This document shows positions 31,859 through 46,262 of a stretch of DNA of 64,000 nucleotides, in pieces. A program made the position numbers and the translations under genes. The stretch is from the human T2T-CHM13v2.0 reference genome, Homo sapiens. The notes beneath the pieces were generated by a model. The model made no database searches, had not been told where the DNA came from, and was given only the letters and a program-made list of their open reading frames with translations. The stretch is from the NCBI RefSeq assembly GCF_009914755.1, contig NC_060933.1. The stretch is one strand, 5' to 3'. Every line of letters begins with the position of its first letter. The stretch's first letter is position 1.

Positions 31859-33740
31859 AATACTTTCAATTCTAATCCATTATTACACCATCTTTATAGC
31901 TGTTCCCATTTATAATTATGTAAGAATGAGAAACCTGGCTCTTATTATCCCCAGTATGTTTGCTTATTTACTCAGCCGTACTTTTCCTAACCAGTCTCTC
32001 AACCCTGCCAGGCCATCACCCAACTCGGCTGTATTTTCCACACAGGGCCCGTACCCTGCCAGGCCCCACAGCATATGCCATGCACCCTACTATTTGCCTG
32101 CCTTGTGTTGCCCTGACCTTTGCTGGATGACCCTTGCTTAGGCTTTATGTATGGCTCTTTCTCTTTGATTATATATACATTTTTAATTAAAATATTGAGA
32201 TAATTGTACATTCACATGCAAATATAAGAAATAATACAGAGGAATCATATTTACCCTTTATCCAGTTTCCACCAATAGTAGCAGCTTGAAAAACTATTGT
32301 GTAATAATAATATCACAGCCAGGATATTGACATTGTTTTGGTCAAAATACAGAACAGTTCCATCAACACAGGATCCCTCCTACTTCCTTTATAGTTAAAC
32401 CCACCTACACTCCTAACTCTGGCCTGTGGCAACCACTATCTGTTCCCCAGTTCTATAATTTTGTCATCGCAAAAATGTTATGTATATAAAATCATACAGT
32501 ATGTAACCTTTTAGGAGTGACTTTTTTCAGTCAGCCTAATTCCTTTGAGTTTCATCCAGGTTGTTGTGTGTACCAATAGTTGAGTCCTTTTTATTGCTGA
32601 GTAGTATTCCGTGGTATGGATGTACCACAGTGTGTTTATCAGTTCATTCACTGAAGGGTGTCTGGATTCTTTCCAGTTTGGGGCTATTATGAATAAAGCT
32701 GCTGTAAACATTCATGTACAGATTTTTGTGTGTAGATGGGTTTTTATTACTTTGGGATAAATACCCAAGAATTTACTTTCTAGGTCATATGATAGTTGCA
32801 TGTTTGACTTTATATGAAACCGCCAAACTGTTTTCCAGAGTAGTTGTACCATTTTACATTCCTACCAGCAATGTACGAGTGATCAAGTTTCTCTACATCC
32901 TCACCAGCATTAGGTTTTATCAGTATTTATTTTAGCCATTAGAGCAGTTCTATAGTGGTGTCTTTTGTGGTTTTAATTTGCATTTCCTTAATGGCTAATG
33001 ATGATAACCTCTTTTCATGTGCTTATCTGCCATCTGCATATTCTCTTTTTACATATCTGTGCATGTCTTTTATCCACTATTTTTTTTTACTGTTGAGTTT
33101 TAAGAGTTCTTTATATACTCTAGATACTAGATCTTGCTCTGATACGTGGTTTGCAGATACATTCTCCCACTCTGTAACTTACCTTTCCATTTCTTCATAT
33201 GATCTTTCTCTGAGAAAAAGTTTTTAATTTTCATGAAGTCCAATTATTCTTTTATGGATTACACTTTTGCTGTCAAGTCTTCAGAACTTTTCATCTATCC
33301 CAGTGCCCTGAAGCTATGTGAATGTGTTTGTAGATTCACTGTTGGGTTTCACTGATCTATATATCTGTCCATCCACCAATACCACCCTGTCATGAATACT
33401 GTAGTTATGTAATAGGCCTAGTATTGGATAGAGTGATTCTTCCCACTTACCCTCTTTTTCAGGATCATCTTAGATAGGACCTGTGACTTTAAATAATCTT
33501 ATTTATGTCAGCAAAAAATATTACTGGGATTTTTATAAGAATTAAATTTGTAAATCAATTTGAGGAGATTGCCATCTTTACTTTGTTGCATCTTCTAATT
33601 TATAATCACGTTTCTCTTTTTTTATATCTTTGATTTATTTCATCAGAATTTTATAATTTTCAGCATACAGATTCATACATGTTTTAAGTTTATACTTAAG
33701 TATTTCATTTTCTTTGGGGAGATTTTAACTGGTATTGTGG

Positions 33741-34090
<350 letters not shown>

Positions 34091-35084
34091 TAGAAATGCA
34101 ATTGATTTTTGTATGTTGATTTTATGCCTTACTACTTTGCTGAACTCACTTTCCATTCTGGGAAGTTTTTGGTGATTCCTTGGGATTTTCTTACATAAAC
34201 AATCATGTCTGCAAATAAGGACAGTTCTATTTCCTCTTTTCCAATTCATATGCTGTTATTTTTTTTTTCTTGCCTTATCATAGTAGCCTAAAACTTCTAC
34301 CAAGCAGAATAAGAGTCACAAGAGCAGAGTCTTTGCCTTCTTCCTGACCATAGGGAGAAGGCATTCAGTCTTTCACCTTTCAGTATGATGTTAGCAGCAA
34401 GTTTTCCATAACAAGTTGAATTAGTTCCCCTCTATTCTTAACTTGCTGAGAGTTTTTATCATGAGTCAGTGTTGAATTTTTTTATCTAATGCTTTTTCTG
34501 TGTTAATTGATATGATCATATGATTTTTCTTCTTTAGCCTGTTGGTGTGGTGGATTATATTGATTGATTTTTTAATGTTAAACCAGCCTGTACCTATAAT
34601 AAATTTCATTTGGTAGTGGTGTATAATTCTTTTTATGCATTGCTGGATTTGATTTGCTCGTATTTTGTTGAGGATTTTTTTCCTAAGTTCAGGATTGATG
34701 TGGGACTATAGTTTTCTCTTTTTGTACTCTCTTTATCTGCTTTTGGTATCAGGGTAATGTTAGCCCCATAAAAGGAGGTGGGAAATGTTCCTTCTTCTAT
34801 TTTCTGGAAGGCATTGTGGAAAATTGGTGCCCATTCTTCTTTAAATGTTCGGTAGCATTCTCCAGTGACGTCATTTAAGCCAGGAGATTTCTTTTGGGGA
34901 ACTTTTTGTTTATTAATTCAATTTCTTTAATTTTTATAGAACTGTTCAGGTTGTCTCATTCATCTTGGTTGAGTCTTGGTAGTTGGCAGTGTTCAAGGAT
35001 TTGATCCATTTCTTCTAAGTTGTCAAATTTATGTCAACAATTTCTAATTTGTTTGTATTAGTTCCTTGTTATCCTTTAAATGGA

Positions 35085-35244
35085 TGCCAGATCTGTAGTG
35101 ATAGCTCCTGTTTCACTCCTGATATGGGTGATTTGTGTCTTTTTTTTATTTTTGTCAGTCTTGCCAGATCTGTAGTGATAGCTGTGTTTCATTCCTGATA
35201 TGGGTGATTTGTGTCTTTTTAAAATTTTTGTCAGTCTTGCTAGA
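35085..35244. repeat. About 77-bp tandem duplication inside the old L1
   Basis: TGCCAGATCTGTAGTGATAGCT...TTTGTCAGTCT starts at 35085 and again at 35162. Confidence 0.88.
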
Positions 35245-37569
35245 GGTTTATCAATTTTATTAATTTTCTTCACAGAGCCAGCTTCTTATATCACTGATTT
35301 GCACTGTTGTTTTCCATTTTTAATCTTACTGACTTATGTTCTTATTTTTATCTGTCCAATGCTTGTTTTGTGTGTGCTTTGCTCTCATTTTTCTAGTTTA
35401 CTTAGGTTGAAATCTGTATTACTAATTTGAGATCTTTCCTCTCCTCTAACATAAGCATTAAGTGATAGAAATTTCTTACAAATCTCTGCTTTACCACCAT
35501 CTTATATATATTTTGATATATTTTCATTTTATTCAGTTCTGTGTGTTTTGTAATTTCCTTTGAGACTTCCTATTTGACTCATGATTTATTTATAAGTTTG
35601 ACGTTCAGTTTCCCAAGTCTTTGGAGTTTTTCCTGCTGTCTTTCTGTTATCGATTTCTAGTTTGATTTCATTGTGGGCAGAGAACATTCTCTGTATGATT
35701 CCAGTTATTCTAGGAATCAGTGCCAAGACACATTATAATTAAAGTCCTTATTGGAAATTTTCAGCATATCATTTATCTCCATTTTGATGTCTGTTGATTG
35801 TTTCTTATGATTCAAGTTGTGATTTTCCTCATTCTTGGTATGACAAGTGATTTTCAACTGTATTCTGGACATTTTGGGTCCTTTTCTTTCTCGCTTGTCA
35901 GGCAGTGTTCTTCTTGAAGCATTAGCCAGGAGCCAGGTGAGTGTATATGCCCAGCTCCCTGTTCAGCCTCACTGACACCACCCCAACAAAAGTTGGGTGC
36001 TTCGAAACACTGCCTCAGTCCAGATGACGAAGTGGAATTTCAGCTCTCTCACCAGTTCTGTTTGACATCTTTGTGGTAAAAGTGGAACATTGCCTTGCAC
36101 TGTCATGTTGCCTTTGAGTCGGGGGGATAAGATCAGCAACATGAGAAAAAACAAATCTGGGCCCCACTGCCACCTAGGAAGAAGTAGAGGGCAACTCACA
36201 CTGCTTTGTTTCTGCAAGGTGTGACTGAAGCTCATTCCCGGCTGGGCCCTGTGGTCCTCAGGGGAGGAGAAGGTGGAAAGTGTAATGCCAAGCCTCCCAC
36301 TCCCCACCACCTCTTTCCTCCTCATACAGGTGGAGTTGGGAGTTCAGCTCCCCACTGGACCCCATTGACACCAGGGGATTGGGAAATGGGAATGTTGACT
36401 ATCCTGCTTCACACCCCCTCATTCTGCTTCATTGATGGCAAATGAGTGTGGAGGCTCAGCTCCCCTTGAAGCTCCCCTGTTGCTTGGGGCAGCAGCAGCA
36501 GGGACGTGAATACCAACTAGTCTTTCCTCCTACTGCACTGTTCAGTCTTGTGGACGCCAATTGAATGTGGAGGTTTGTCTCCCCACTGGGCCTCACTAAG
36601 ATGAAAGTTATGGGGAAAGTAGAGTGTTTACAGGCCCCCACTTGCACAGCTTTGTTCAGTGTCCTTGATGATGGATGAGAACGAAGGTTCAGGTCTCCAC
36701 TGGGTCCCACTTACGTAGAGGCAGGTGGTGAGCCTGGTATTGACTAATCCCACTTCAAACCACCCTGTTAAGACTGGTTACTGCTGGATGAGGCACAGCT
36801 CACAGATAGACCCCAATGACACCACCCTGGCAGAGGAACTGCAGCACTGCCCATTTCTATCTGATGGGGGGAAATCATCTTTCTGCTCAGGTCACCACCA
36901 CCACCCAGCAGGGGAATCAGAGTGCCACCTGCTTCTTCCAATTGGGGTATGGAAAATTAGCTCCCTGATCAGCCCCAAAACCACCCAGTGGGGGAATCAG
37001 AGCACCACATGGTCCTTCTAGACACAGTAGAAGATGAGATCCATGTTTATCTCTCCGACACCACCTGATGGGAGAAGTAGATTGATTCCACTTCTGCAGA
37101 GCAGGAGTATTTGATAGATGATCAGCTCCCTCTCCATCCTCTCTGAAACTGGGGGTTGGAAGATGATGTGGCATTTTTAACTGGAGTAGCGTGGGTATTG
37201 CCAAAAATATATTCAGTCGTTAGGTCACATATTCCACAGACCTTTGGCAAAGGGGGACAGGCTTTTCTTATAGCTTGTTCTGGGTTGAAGGCTTCTGCAG
37301 CACCCTATTGGGGATATACTGGAGGCAATAAAGAATCCCAGGTAGCTCACAGCCATACTGTTCCTCAAGTCCTGAGGTCCTTAGACAGTCTCTCACTCTC
37401 AGAGTCTTCCTATGTTTATCTGTTCTATTGTGTCCAGAGTTTCTAAGACGTAAGGATGAGGAATGGGGCAACTCTACTTGGACAGAAACAGAAGTCTGCC
37501 TAGTAGCTTTTTGCTTTATTAAGGAAAGGAGAGCAGGAAGGAGGGAGAAAGGGAGAATTTCCTTTAACT

Positions 37570-38900
37570 TTTTTGAGGTATAATTATCAATAATTCACCC
37601 ATTTAAAGTACCAATCCAGTGTTTTTAGAACATTCAAAGAGCTATGTAACCAACACAAAGTCAGTTTTGGAAGATTATTATCACCCCAAAAAGAAACCTT
37701 GTGCTTTTTTGTTTTGGTGTGTGTGTGTGTTTTGTTTGTTTGTTTTTTTGAGACGGAGTTTCGCTCTTGTTGCCCAGGCTGCAGTGCAGTGGCATGATCT
37801 TGGCTCACTGCAACCTCTGTCTCCCAGTTTTCAAGCAATTCTTCTGCCTCAGCCTCTCAAGTAGCTGGGATTACAAGCGCATGCTACCGCACCCAGCTAA
37901 TTTTGTATTTTTCATGGAGACAGGGTTTCACCATGTTGGTCAGGCTGGCTGGTCTCTAACTCCCGGCCTCAGGTAATCCACCTGCCTCAGCCTCCCAAAG
38001 TGCTGGGATTACAGGCGTGACCCACTACGCCTGGCCACTTTGTACTCTTTAGCAAGCACCAGCTGCCATTTGTTGTTTCCCTCCCCACTGGCCCAAGGAG
38101 CCACCAGACTACTTTCTGTCTCTATAGATTTCATTTTTTCTGGACATTTCATATAAATGGAACCATATAAATATGTGGTCTTTTGTGATTGGCTTTTTTC
38201 ACTTAGCATAATGTTTTCAAGGTTCATCCATGTTGTAGCATGCGTCAGTGCTGCTTCCTTTTTATGGTTGAATAATTTTCCATTGTGTAGATATTTATTT
38301 ATCTACACATTCCATTTATCCATTCCCCTGATGGGCATTTGGACTCTTTTCACTTTTTGGCTATTATGAGTAATAATAAAACCTGAGTTTTTGTGTGGAC
38401 ATATGTTTTCATTTTTCTTGGGTATTTACCTAGGAGGAAAGAACTGGGTCATATGGTAACTCTGTTTAATCATTTGAGGAACTGCCAGACCATTTTCCAA
38501 AGTGTTTGCTTCATTTTATTTACCCACCAGCAGTAGATAAGGGCTCTCATTTTTTTTTACATCCCCATTGATACTTATTATTGTCGGGCATTTGATTGTA
38601 GCCATCCTAGTAGGTATGAAGTGATATTTCATTGTGATTTTAATATGCATTTCCCTAATGACTAGTGATGTTGAGCATCTTTTCATGTATTTATTGAAAC
38701 TTTCTACATCTTTTTTGGAGAAATGCCCACTCAAATTATTTGCCCTTTTTAAATTATTGAGATATAAGTCACATACCATAAAATTGAACCTTTTAAAGTA
38801 GTCATTGGTTTTTAGTATATACTTAAGGCTGTGCAGTCATCAACACTATTTAAATCCAGACTATTTTCATCAGACCAAAAAGAAATGTTCTACCAATTAG
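37570..38900 (-). mobile_element. Old L1M 3' fragments
   Basis: Minus ORFs 38009-38227 (MNLENIMLSEKSQSQK) and 38516-38779 (HFSKKD..MKRCSTSLVIREM) are ORF2p C-terminal remnants. Confidence 0.7.
37730..38036 (-). mobile_element. AluS (Sq/Sp-like)
   Basis: Reverse Alu containing TTCGCTCTTGTTGCCCAGG. Confidence 0.85.
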
Positions 38901-38904
38901 CACT

Positions 38905-39720
38905 TGAGAATACAGAATAATAAGCAAACTCAGTTTATCCTGCTACACTCTCATAACATGTTTCTGACACCAGATGTGCGGGGTTTTTTCCACACACCAA
39001 ACAAGCAATAAATTCTGCAGGGGACTCCAGATGGGTGTCCTCCAATTTAATTCTGACATTATCTACCTAGAGATAGTGTCAGATCCAACAGGTTGAGGGC
39101 TAAGTCTTATAAGATTGCCTCCTACTTCTGATGCCAGTCACAAGCCCCAGCTTGTTTAACCTGTGCTTCTGACTGACTGGCTATAAATTGGGGTTCCCAC
39201 ACCCCTCTCTTTGGATTTCATTAATTTGCTATAGTGGCTAACAGTACTCTAGGAAACACATTTACCAATTTATTATAAAGGCTGTTACAAAGGATGGAGA
39301 TGAAGAGATGCATAAGGGTGACATATGGTGGAAGAGGCACAGAGCATCCATGCTGACCCCAAGTGTGCCACCCTCCAGCAACCTCCATGTTCTCAGCTCT
39401 TTGAACCCTATCCTAAGCTTTTATTAAGGCTTCATCACATGGCATGATTGACTAAACCACTGGCCATTGTTGATCAACTTAACCTTCAGCCCTCTCCCCT
39501 CCCCAGAAGCTGGATTTGGTGCTGAAAGTCCCAACGCTGTAATCCTACCTTGGTCTTTCCAATGGCTAGCCCCCATCCTGAAGCTACAGAGGGACTGACA
39601 GCCACTAGTCAACTCATTAACATACAAAAAGATATCACCTTGGAGATTCCAAGGATTTCAGGAATTGTATGCCAAGAAACAGGGACCAAGACCAAATATG
39701 TATTTCACAGTATCCCAACA
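38905..39720. mobile_element. MER21-family solo LTR
   Basis: TG...CA element with TTCTGACACCAGATGTG, CTACCTAGAGATAGTGTCAGATCC and GACCAAGACCAAATAT motifs. Confidence 0.65.
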
Positions 39721-39849
39721 GTCAGTTCCCATTCCACTTTCACCCTAGTCCCCCTGGCAAACACTAATCTACTTTCTGTCCCTGTCAATTTGCCTCCTTG
39801 GGACATTTCATATAAATACATACTGTCTCTTCTAATTTGCCAGTGTCCT

Positions 39850-41590
39850 TTCTTTCACATGGATTCACATTAGTCTTGGGTAACTTGCTTTTAATCTGAA
39901 GAACCTCCTTTATATTTCTTACACGCTAAGTCTGCTAGCAACAAATTCTCTGCTTTTTGTTTACCTGGGAATTCCTTTATTTCCCCTTCATTTTTGACAG
40001 AAATCTTGCTGCATGTAAGATTCTTGATTGACAGCTTAATATTTAGCACTTTGAATATGTCGTTCCTCTACTTTCTGGTCTCCATGGTTTCTGATGAGAA
40101 GTAAACTTAATCTTTTTGAGGTTTCTTTGTACACAAGGAGTCATTTTTCTATTTGAGCATTTTTACTGTGATGTGTTTTAATGTGGATCTATTTGTATGT
40201 ATCCTACTTAGAGTTTTTTGAACTTCTTGGATGTGTGGATTAATGTTTTTCATCAGATTTGGGAAGCTTTAAGCCATTATTTCTAAAAGTTTTTTCTACT
40301 CCTCTCTCAACTCTCTTTCTGTTCACTTATAGTAGGGTATATGTTGGTTCACTTAATGGTATTCCACATTTCTGTGAGGCTTTGTTCATTTTTTCATTTT
40401 TTATTCTCTGTGTTTTTCAGAGTGCATAATCTCTATCAGTCTTATCTTCAGGTTCTCTAATTCTTCCTTCTGCCACTTCAGATCCTCTGTTGAGCTGCTT
40501 GAGTGAATTTTTCATTGTTTTTGTACTTTTTAACTTCTGAATTTCCATTTGCTTCCTTTTTAAAATTCCCATCTCTTTATTGGTATTCTGTATCTGATGA
40601 AAGAAACATTGTCATCATAGCTTCTTTTACTTCTTTAAACATGGGTTCCTTTAGGACTTTGAATATATTTGTAATGGCTGCTTTGAAGGCTTTGGTATAT
40701 CAGATGCCTGGCCTCTCTAACAGATAGTGTCTATTGACTACACTTTTTTCTGTGTATAGGTCATACTTTTTTCTTTCTTTCCATGTCTCATACTTTTTGT
40801 TGAAAACTGGACATTTTAGGTAATATTTTTTAGCACCTCTAGATACTCTTCCCTCCCCGGACTTGTTTTTGTTGTTATTTGCCTGTCTATTTGATCAGAG
40901 ACTTGACTAGATCATCTTAGTGATGGACTAGTCTTTTTTTCTTCATAGTTTGAAGCCTCTGATGTGACTCCTAAGAGGGCATGGCCTTGGTCAAGCAAAC
41001 GCAGTCACCCTGAGAAGACAGTGGTTTTTTTTTAGCAGGGCACTCTTTCCCTCTTCCACGAATGTCTCTGTTAGGCTGTCTCCCTCAGTTGTTAGCACAC
41101 CAGCTGTTGGGTTCCACTAATTACCTGCTGATCATTCTGTTGTTTTTGACAAAGCCCTGGGTCATCTGTTGCCCTACAATCTGATCTAATTAAGTTTGGG
41201 TGGTGGCTGTTTTTGAGGTCAGTCTTGAGGTTTGATCATGCTCCATGAGAGGACTTAGTTGTCTCTTTCCTTGGTTCTCTCTGGCAAACTAGTGTGACTA
41301 CAGTTCAGCTTATTGGTCTCATGAAGCTATGAGGTTACTCTTATTAATAACTGCTTAACCAAAACCTCCATTGTTTTTGAAAGCTTGAACTTTCCCATGC
41401 TGTGTTTCAGATAAAGATAGTTTTGTAGGGGGAGAGCTTCAGAATTCTCTGTTTTTAAGGCCTGCTTCTCCTTCTGGCTGAAGTCTACTAGCCATGTCTC
41501 TGGAGCTTGAGGCGGGGACAACAGCCCACTTCTCTGAGTGATCCCCCTACTTTGCAAGGTGAGCAGGAATGATAGCTTCTGGTCTTCTTG
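39850..41590 (-). mobile_element. Old L1M ORF1/5' region remnant
   Basis: Degenerate motifs (CTGCTAGCAACAAATTCTCT, CAGATTTGGGAAG..AGCCATTATTTC) typical of antisense old L1 ORF1. Confidence 0.5.
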
Positions 41591-42706
41591 GCTTGCCTAA
41601 GTGTGGAATCTTTGACCTACAGATGAGGTGGAGCAGGGGCACTTGGGAGAAGCCAGCCAGGGTGAGGAGGAAATCCATATGGGAGAGCAGCCCAGCAGTG
41701 GCGAAGCCTGAGCCAGATAACACCTGTGTGGGAGAGTGACCTGGCCCAGGTTATTAGAACATTCCCAGGCATCAGAGCTTGGGTCAGGTTGGGAGGGCTC
41801 CATGTGGCAGGGTGACCCTACATGGAATATTGGAACATAGGCAGGATGAGGAGAGCATCTACCCAGGTGGGTGGCAGCAGCAGCTTGGCATAGGTGTTAA
41901 AGCCCAGATGGGATGAGAGAGGCATCCACATGGAGGAGGGAGCAGAGGTAGTGATGGGAGACTGGTTACATGTAGGGGGCTTGGTCAATTAGGTAAATAT
42001 ATTAAAGATTACTGTGCCCAGGCTTCTCACAGAGTTATAATTATAGGTACAGTTGTGGAAAGGGTGGAAATTAGAGGAACTCTGTGGTGTTGGCTTGGAA
42101 TTGGTAGCATCAGGGTAAACTCTTGGTTTTCCATATGTATATATGCCTACATATGGGAATAAATATAGATGTAAAGTGTGATAATGTATGTGCCTGTGCA
42201 TAATATCCATATTCTTTAGCACTGTCCACTGAGAGGGCCTGGCAGCAGTAACACTCTAATGGCAATGAGCATACCTAACACACAGACATTGGTTTCTAGA
42301 TACCGTTCTTTACTAATAAATGCAAGGGCTTCCGAGTCTAATCATGAGGAAACTGCATGCCCAAATTGAGAGAGATTGCTACAAAATAACTGGCCTATAC
42401 TCTTCAAAAGTGTCAAGGTCATCAAAGTCAAGGAAAGACTGAGGAACTTGTTCAAGTGTGAAATAGGTGAAAGAAACAGGACAACTAAATACAACATGTC
42501 GTTTTACTGTAAGGAACATTTTTGGAGTAATCAGTGAAGCTTGAATGAGGTCTGAGGAATAGAGGGCAAGTAGTAATATCTCAACCATAATTTCCTGATT
42601 TGGGGTAATTTTCAAGAATATCTTTGTGGGAAATATACACTAAATTATTTGGCGTAATGGGGCAGCATTTCTGCAAGTTACTCTAAAAAATTCAAAGGAA
42701 AATATT

Positions 42707-43021
<315 letters not shown>

Positions 43022-43111
43022 AAGGAAAAATATTATTTGTAACTTTTGTAACTTTTCTGTAAGTTTGACATTGATTCAAAGTAAAAATATAAAATATGCT
43101 CAAAAATATAT

Positions 43112-43270
43112 GGGCCAGGCATGGTGGCAGGCACCTGTCATATTGGCTACCAGAGAGGCTGAGGCAGGAAGATTGTTTGAGCCTAGGAATTCAAGGCTGC
43201 AGTGAGCTATGATCACGTCACTGCTCTCTAGCCTGTGTGACAGAGCAAGGTGCTGTCTTTAAAAAAAAAT
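43112..43270 (+). mobile_element. Alu monomer (FRAM/FAM-like)
   Basis: Single monomer with A tail. Confidence 0.75.
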
Positions 43271-43726
43271 TAAAAATTAAAACTAAAGTGTTCGATTGTG
43301 TTGCATGCTGCTGCACAGTCAAATAGAAACTCTAAAAAGTCCACCTCAAAACAGATCATCGGAGGCCTTAGCAAGAGTGGTTTGATTTGAGAGTGGAGGC
43401 AGAGGCCAGAGCTGAGTAGGCTAAGGATGAGACCTGTGACACGTGGAGATGGCAGGTGTAGTCACCTTGGTTTGGAGGTTTAGCTATGAAGGGGAGAGAA
43501 GAAGGGCCCTCAGAAGAAGGGAAATTATAGTGAAAGATCTGGAAACAATTACATATACCTAGGAATGTTTGAAAAACAGAAATAGGGAAAGTCTTGGAAA
43601 AGTTCTGTCTTCGGATATTTGAAAATCTTTCAAGACAAAGAGAAGCTTTATTCTTTATTTTCAGTGGGAAGAACCAGAACCGATGTTTATAGAATGGATT
43701 TTAACTCAACACTAGAGAACATTTGA

Positions 43727-43860
43727 AGCCCAGCGTGTTGGCAGGCATCTGTAGTCCCAGCTACTCAAGAGGCTGAGGCAGGAGGAGCCCTCGAGCCCAA
43801 AAATTTGAGTGCAGCCTAAGCAACAAAGTGAGATTCCCATCTCTAAAGAAGGAAGGAAAG
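43727..43860 (+). mobile_element. Alu monomer (FLAM/FAM-like)
   Basis: Single monomer flanked by AACATTTGA repeats. Confidence 0.7.
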
Positions 43861-46070
43861 AAAACATTTGAGCTGTCTAACAGTGGAATAGTCAGTTCCC
43901 TTGTGAAAAGTGAGCCTCTTGTCACAAAAAGTAGAGAACACGAGGCTGGAAATTCAGCTGTACAGCAAATTCCTGGAAGTAACTCCTCCGTGGACTTAAG
44001 AATGCGGATAGGTGGGCCTCCCACGCCCACCAGGCACCCACTGCATTCTCAGCCTATTGTTCTATGACTTTAGGAAGCAATGATCCCTTTCTGAAATCTT
44101 GAGTATAGAAGGAAATTACTAGTTCTTGGTGTTCTAGATCTCACTTTTCAGTGTTTTACCTGCCCACTTATAGAAATTAAGGAAGAAAAGACTCAGTACT
44201 CACTGGTACATTTTAGTGGGTTTCTTTGTTGTGTTTATTGTAACTGATTTCATATTTGTCATGATCAGTATCTCATTTTGTTCCTTAAATATTATTCTAA
44301 ATTTGGTTCTCGTGTCCAGAGGTGGGTACATTTCTTTTCATCTGCCTCATCAATGCAAGGTATATTCACAGCACCTCATTGTTGGGAACACTGAGCAAGC
44401 ATGCAGAAAGGGCTGCTTTCACCTTGCAGAATCCTGTTTGCGTTAGGCTTGACTTCCTTAGACATTGACACAGGGTCACTGACTGTACGGTAACTGGGGT
44501 AAGCTCAGTCATTTTGTGTTTATTTGAGGTCAACCCAGGGCTCAAGATTTCACCACAGAGATTATTCTTGAGGTGATCTATAAACCATCCCTTCCTTAGC
44601 TTGGTCCAAATAAGTCCTACCCCTACCCCTTATCTAATGAAATTAGTTGTCATTTTTAGTGTAGTTGAAAGCAGTTACTTTTGACTTTTCTCTGTAGATG
44701 TCCTCAGATGCTGGTTCTCCAGGCCATGGACTTGTTTCTGCAGAGCTCACCACTCTTGTTTCTCAAGAGCTAAGTTAACATTCTGGAGTGCCACATACTC
44801 AGAAGCACAGACTTGCCCAGAAATCTTCTTAGACTCCCTCTTACACAGATAGCAAATACACAGCTCCTTAGTTTGAGCATTTAGGGCCTCCTGCCAGTAA
44901 GTTCATGTTCTTGTCATGCAGACCTCTGTGCAACTGCTGTTTCTGTGTTGCCCTTAGGGTCCTGAGGGCCTTGCCTAGAATAATCCTCATATAATTCCTC
45001 CGACAGGAAAGCTGTGCTTTCTTCCATGGCTGCATTCTAAATAACAAAGGCATGATACTATACATAGAGTAGGAATTTGGACACCAAATCGGGATTCTGT
45101 GTCCCTGTCTTATTCGACAAAAGTGCACATTACTGGGGAGATGGGGGCGGCATTTTAAAAGGAGCTTGGTATAGCATTAGTAATCGTTAAAAAAAAAAAA
45201 ATAGAAAATAGCCTTATCTGTAGCAGTACAGTAGTTTGTTTCTGTGCACACACATCTGAAATACCACTTGTGCAGAGAGCTAGCGAGCAAGCGAGGGCGC
45301 AGCCTGACATTAACAAGGGAGGAGGCGGACAATGAGTACATTAGTGGTTGTTGCACTTTCTGTTTTCTTTATATCCTTTATCTTCAAGTTGCAACCTCCC
45401 CCTCATCTAGTTCCTTTAAAAATGTGATATTTAGTGATCTTTCTTTGTATGCCTCTGCCAAGACATTATTGAAGCTTCTTTTTTCCCTCACTGCAACAAA
45501 AGGCAGAGAATGGTGTTTTGAGTTTTTGAGAGGCATGGCTACTATAACTGTCCAACAGAGGCATAACTAAGAATTGGGTTTTTATATTCTGAAAATGAAC
45601 ACATGAAGTTAAATGTCTTCTGATAATATATCACCTCTAAAAATGTCTTTATTTGTTCTATCCAAGTATTTCTTTAATAGTTTTACCAAGAAAAAATAGA
45701 AGTGGTTTTGGTTATGAAAAATTGGATGATATTTTAATAATCTTGTAAGGTGTCCAGCATATCCCACTTTATTACAATTAACTTTTTTCTGCACTATTCA
45801 AACGAGGAGTAGAAAGGTAATTTTTTTCAAAATATCCAGAGACAGGTTGTGAACAGAATAACAGAATTTAAGCCTTTTAACATGTATGTAAAAGGCAGTT
45901 TTTGCATCAGGAAGACAGTTTTCTAAATTCACTACAGTATTTTGGGGAGTAATTCTTTGGTTAGATATTTTAAGTGCATTTGAGAAACAAAATTTAGTAA
46001 TCAATATATTTAAAATTTATATTATTCTTCCCTATATTTGAACAATTTGTCCAAAATGCAATCTGTTCAT

Positions 46071-46148
46071 ATTGGATTTTGCCTGTTCAGATCTAAGTGG
46101 GAATCAGTAGTTTCTTTGTTTGTCGCCATGGAAACCAGTCAGCCAATC
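46071..46148 (+). promoter_or_regulatory. Putative internal PTPDC1 promoter: RFX X-box plus CCAAT boxes
   Basis: GTCGCCATGGAAAC (46122-46135) matches the X-box GTYRCCATGGYAAC. AGCCAATC at 46141-46148 and ATTGG at 46071-46075. About 130 bp upstream of the ATG at 46263. Confidence 0.6.
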
Positions 46149-46262
46149 TGAATGGCTCTTAGATCATACAGAACGATGCAATGCTCCCTGCTCTCAGTGA
46201 AAGTTCCTCACTGAGTGAGTGGGGCTGACTCTTCCTGCCTCCGGCTCTTGCCTCCCAGTGCC

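Noticed and set aside
35880-37500. GC-richer block with several 67-118 aa ORFs
   Set aside because: No recognisable protein or consistent splice pattern. Probably the 5' region of an old repeat, but I could not assign it.
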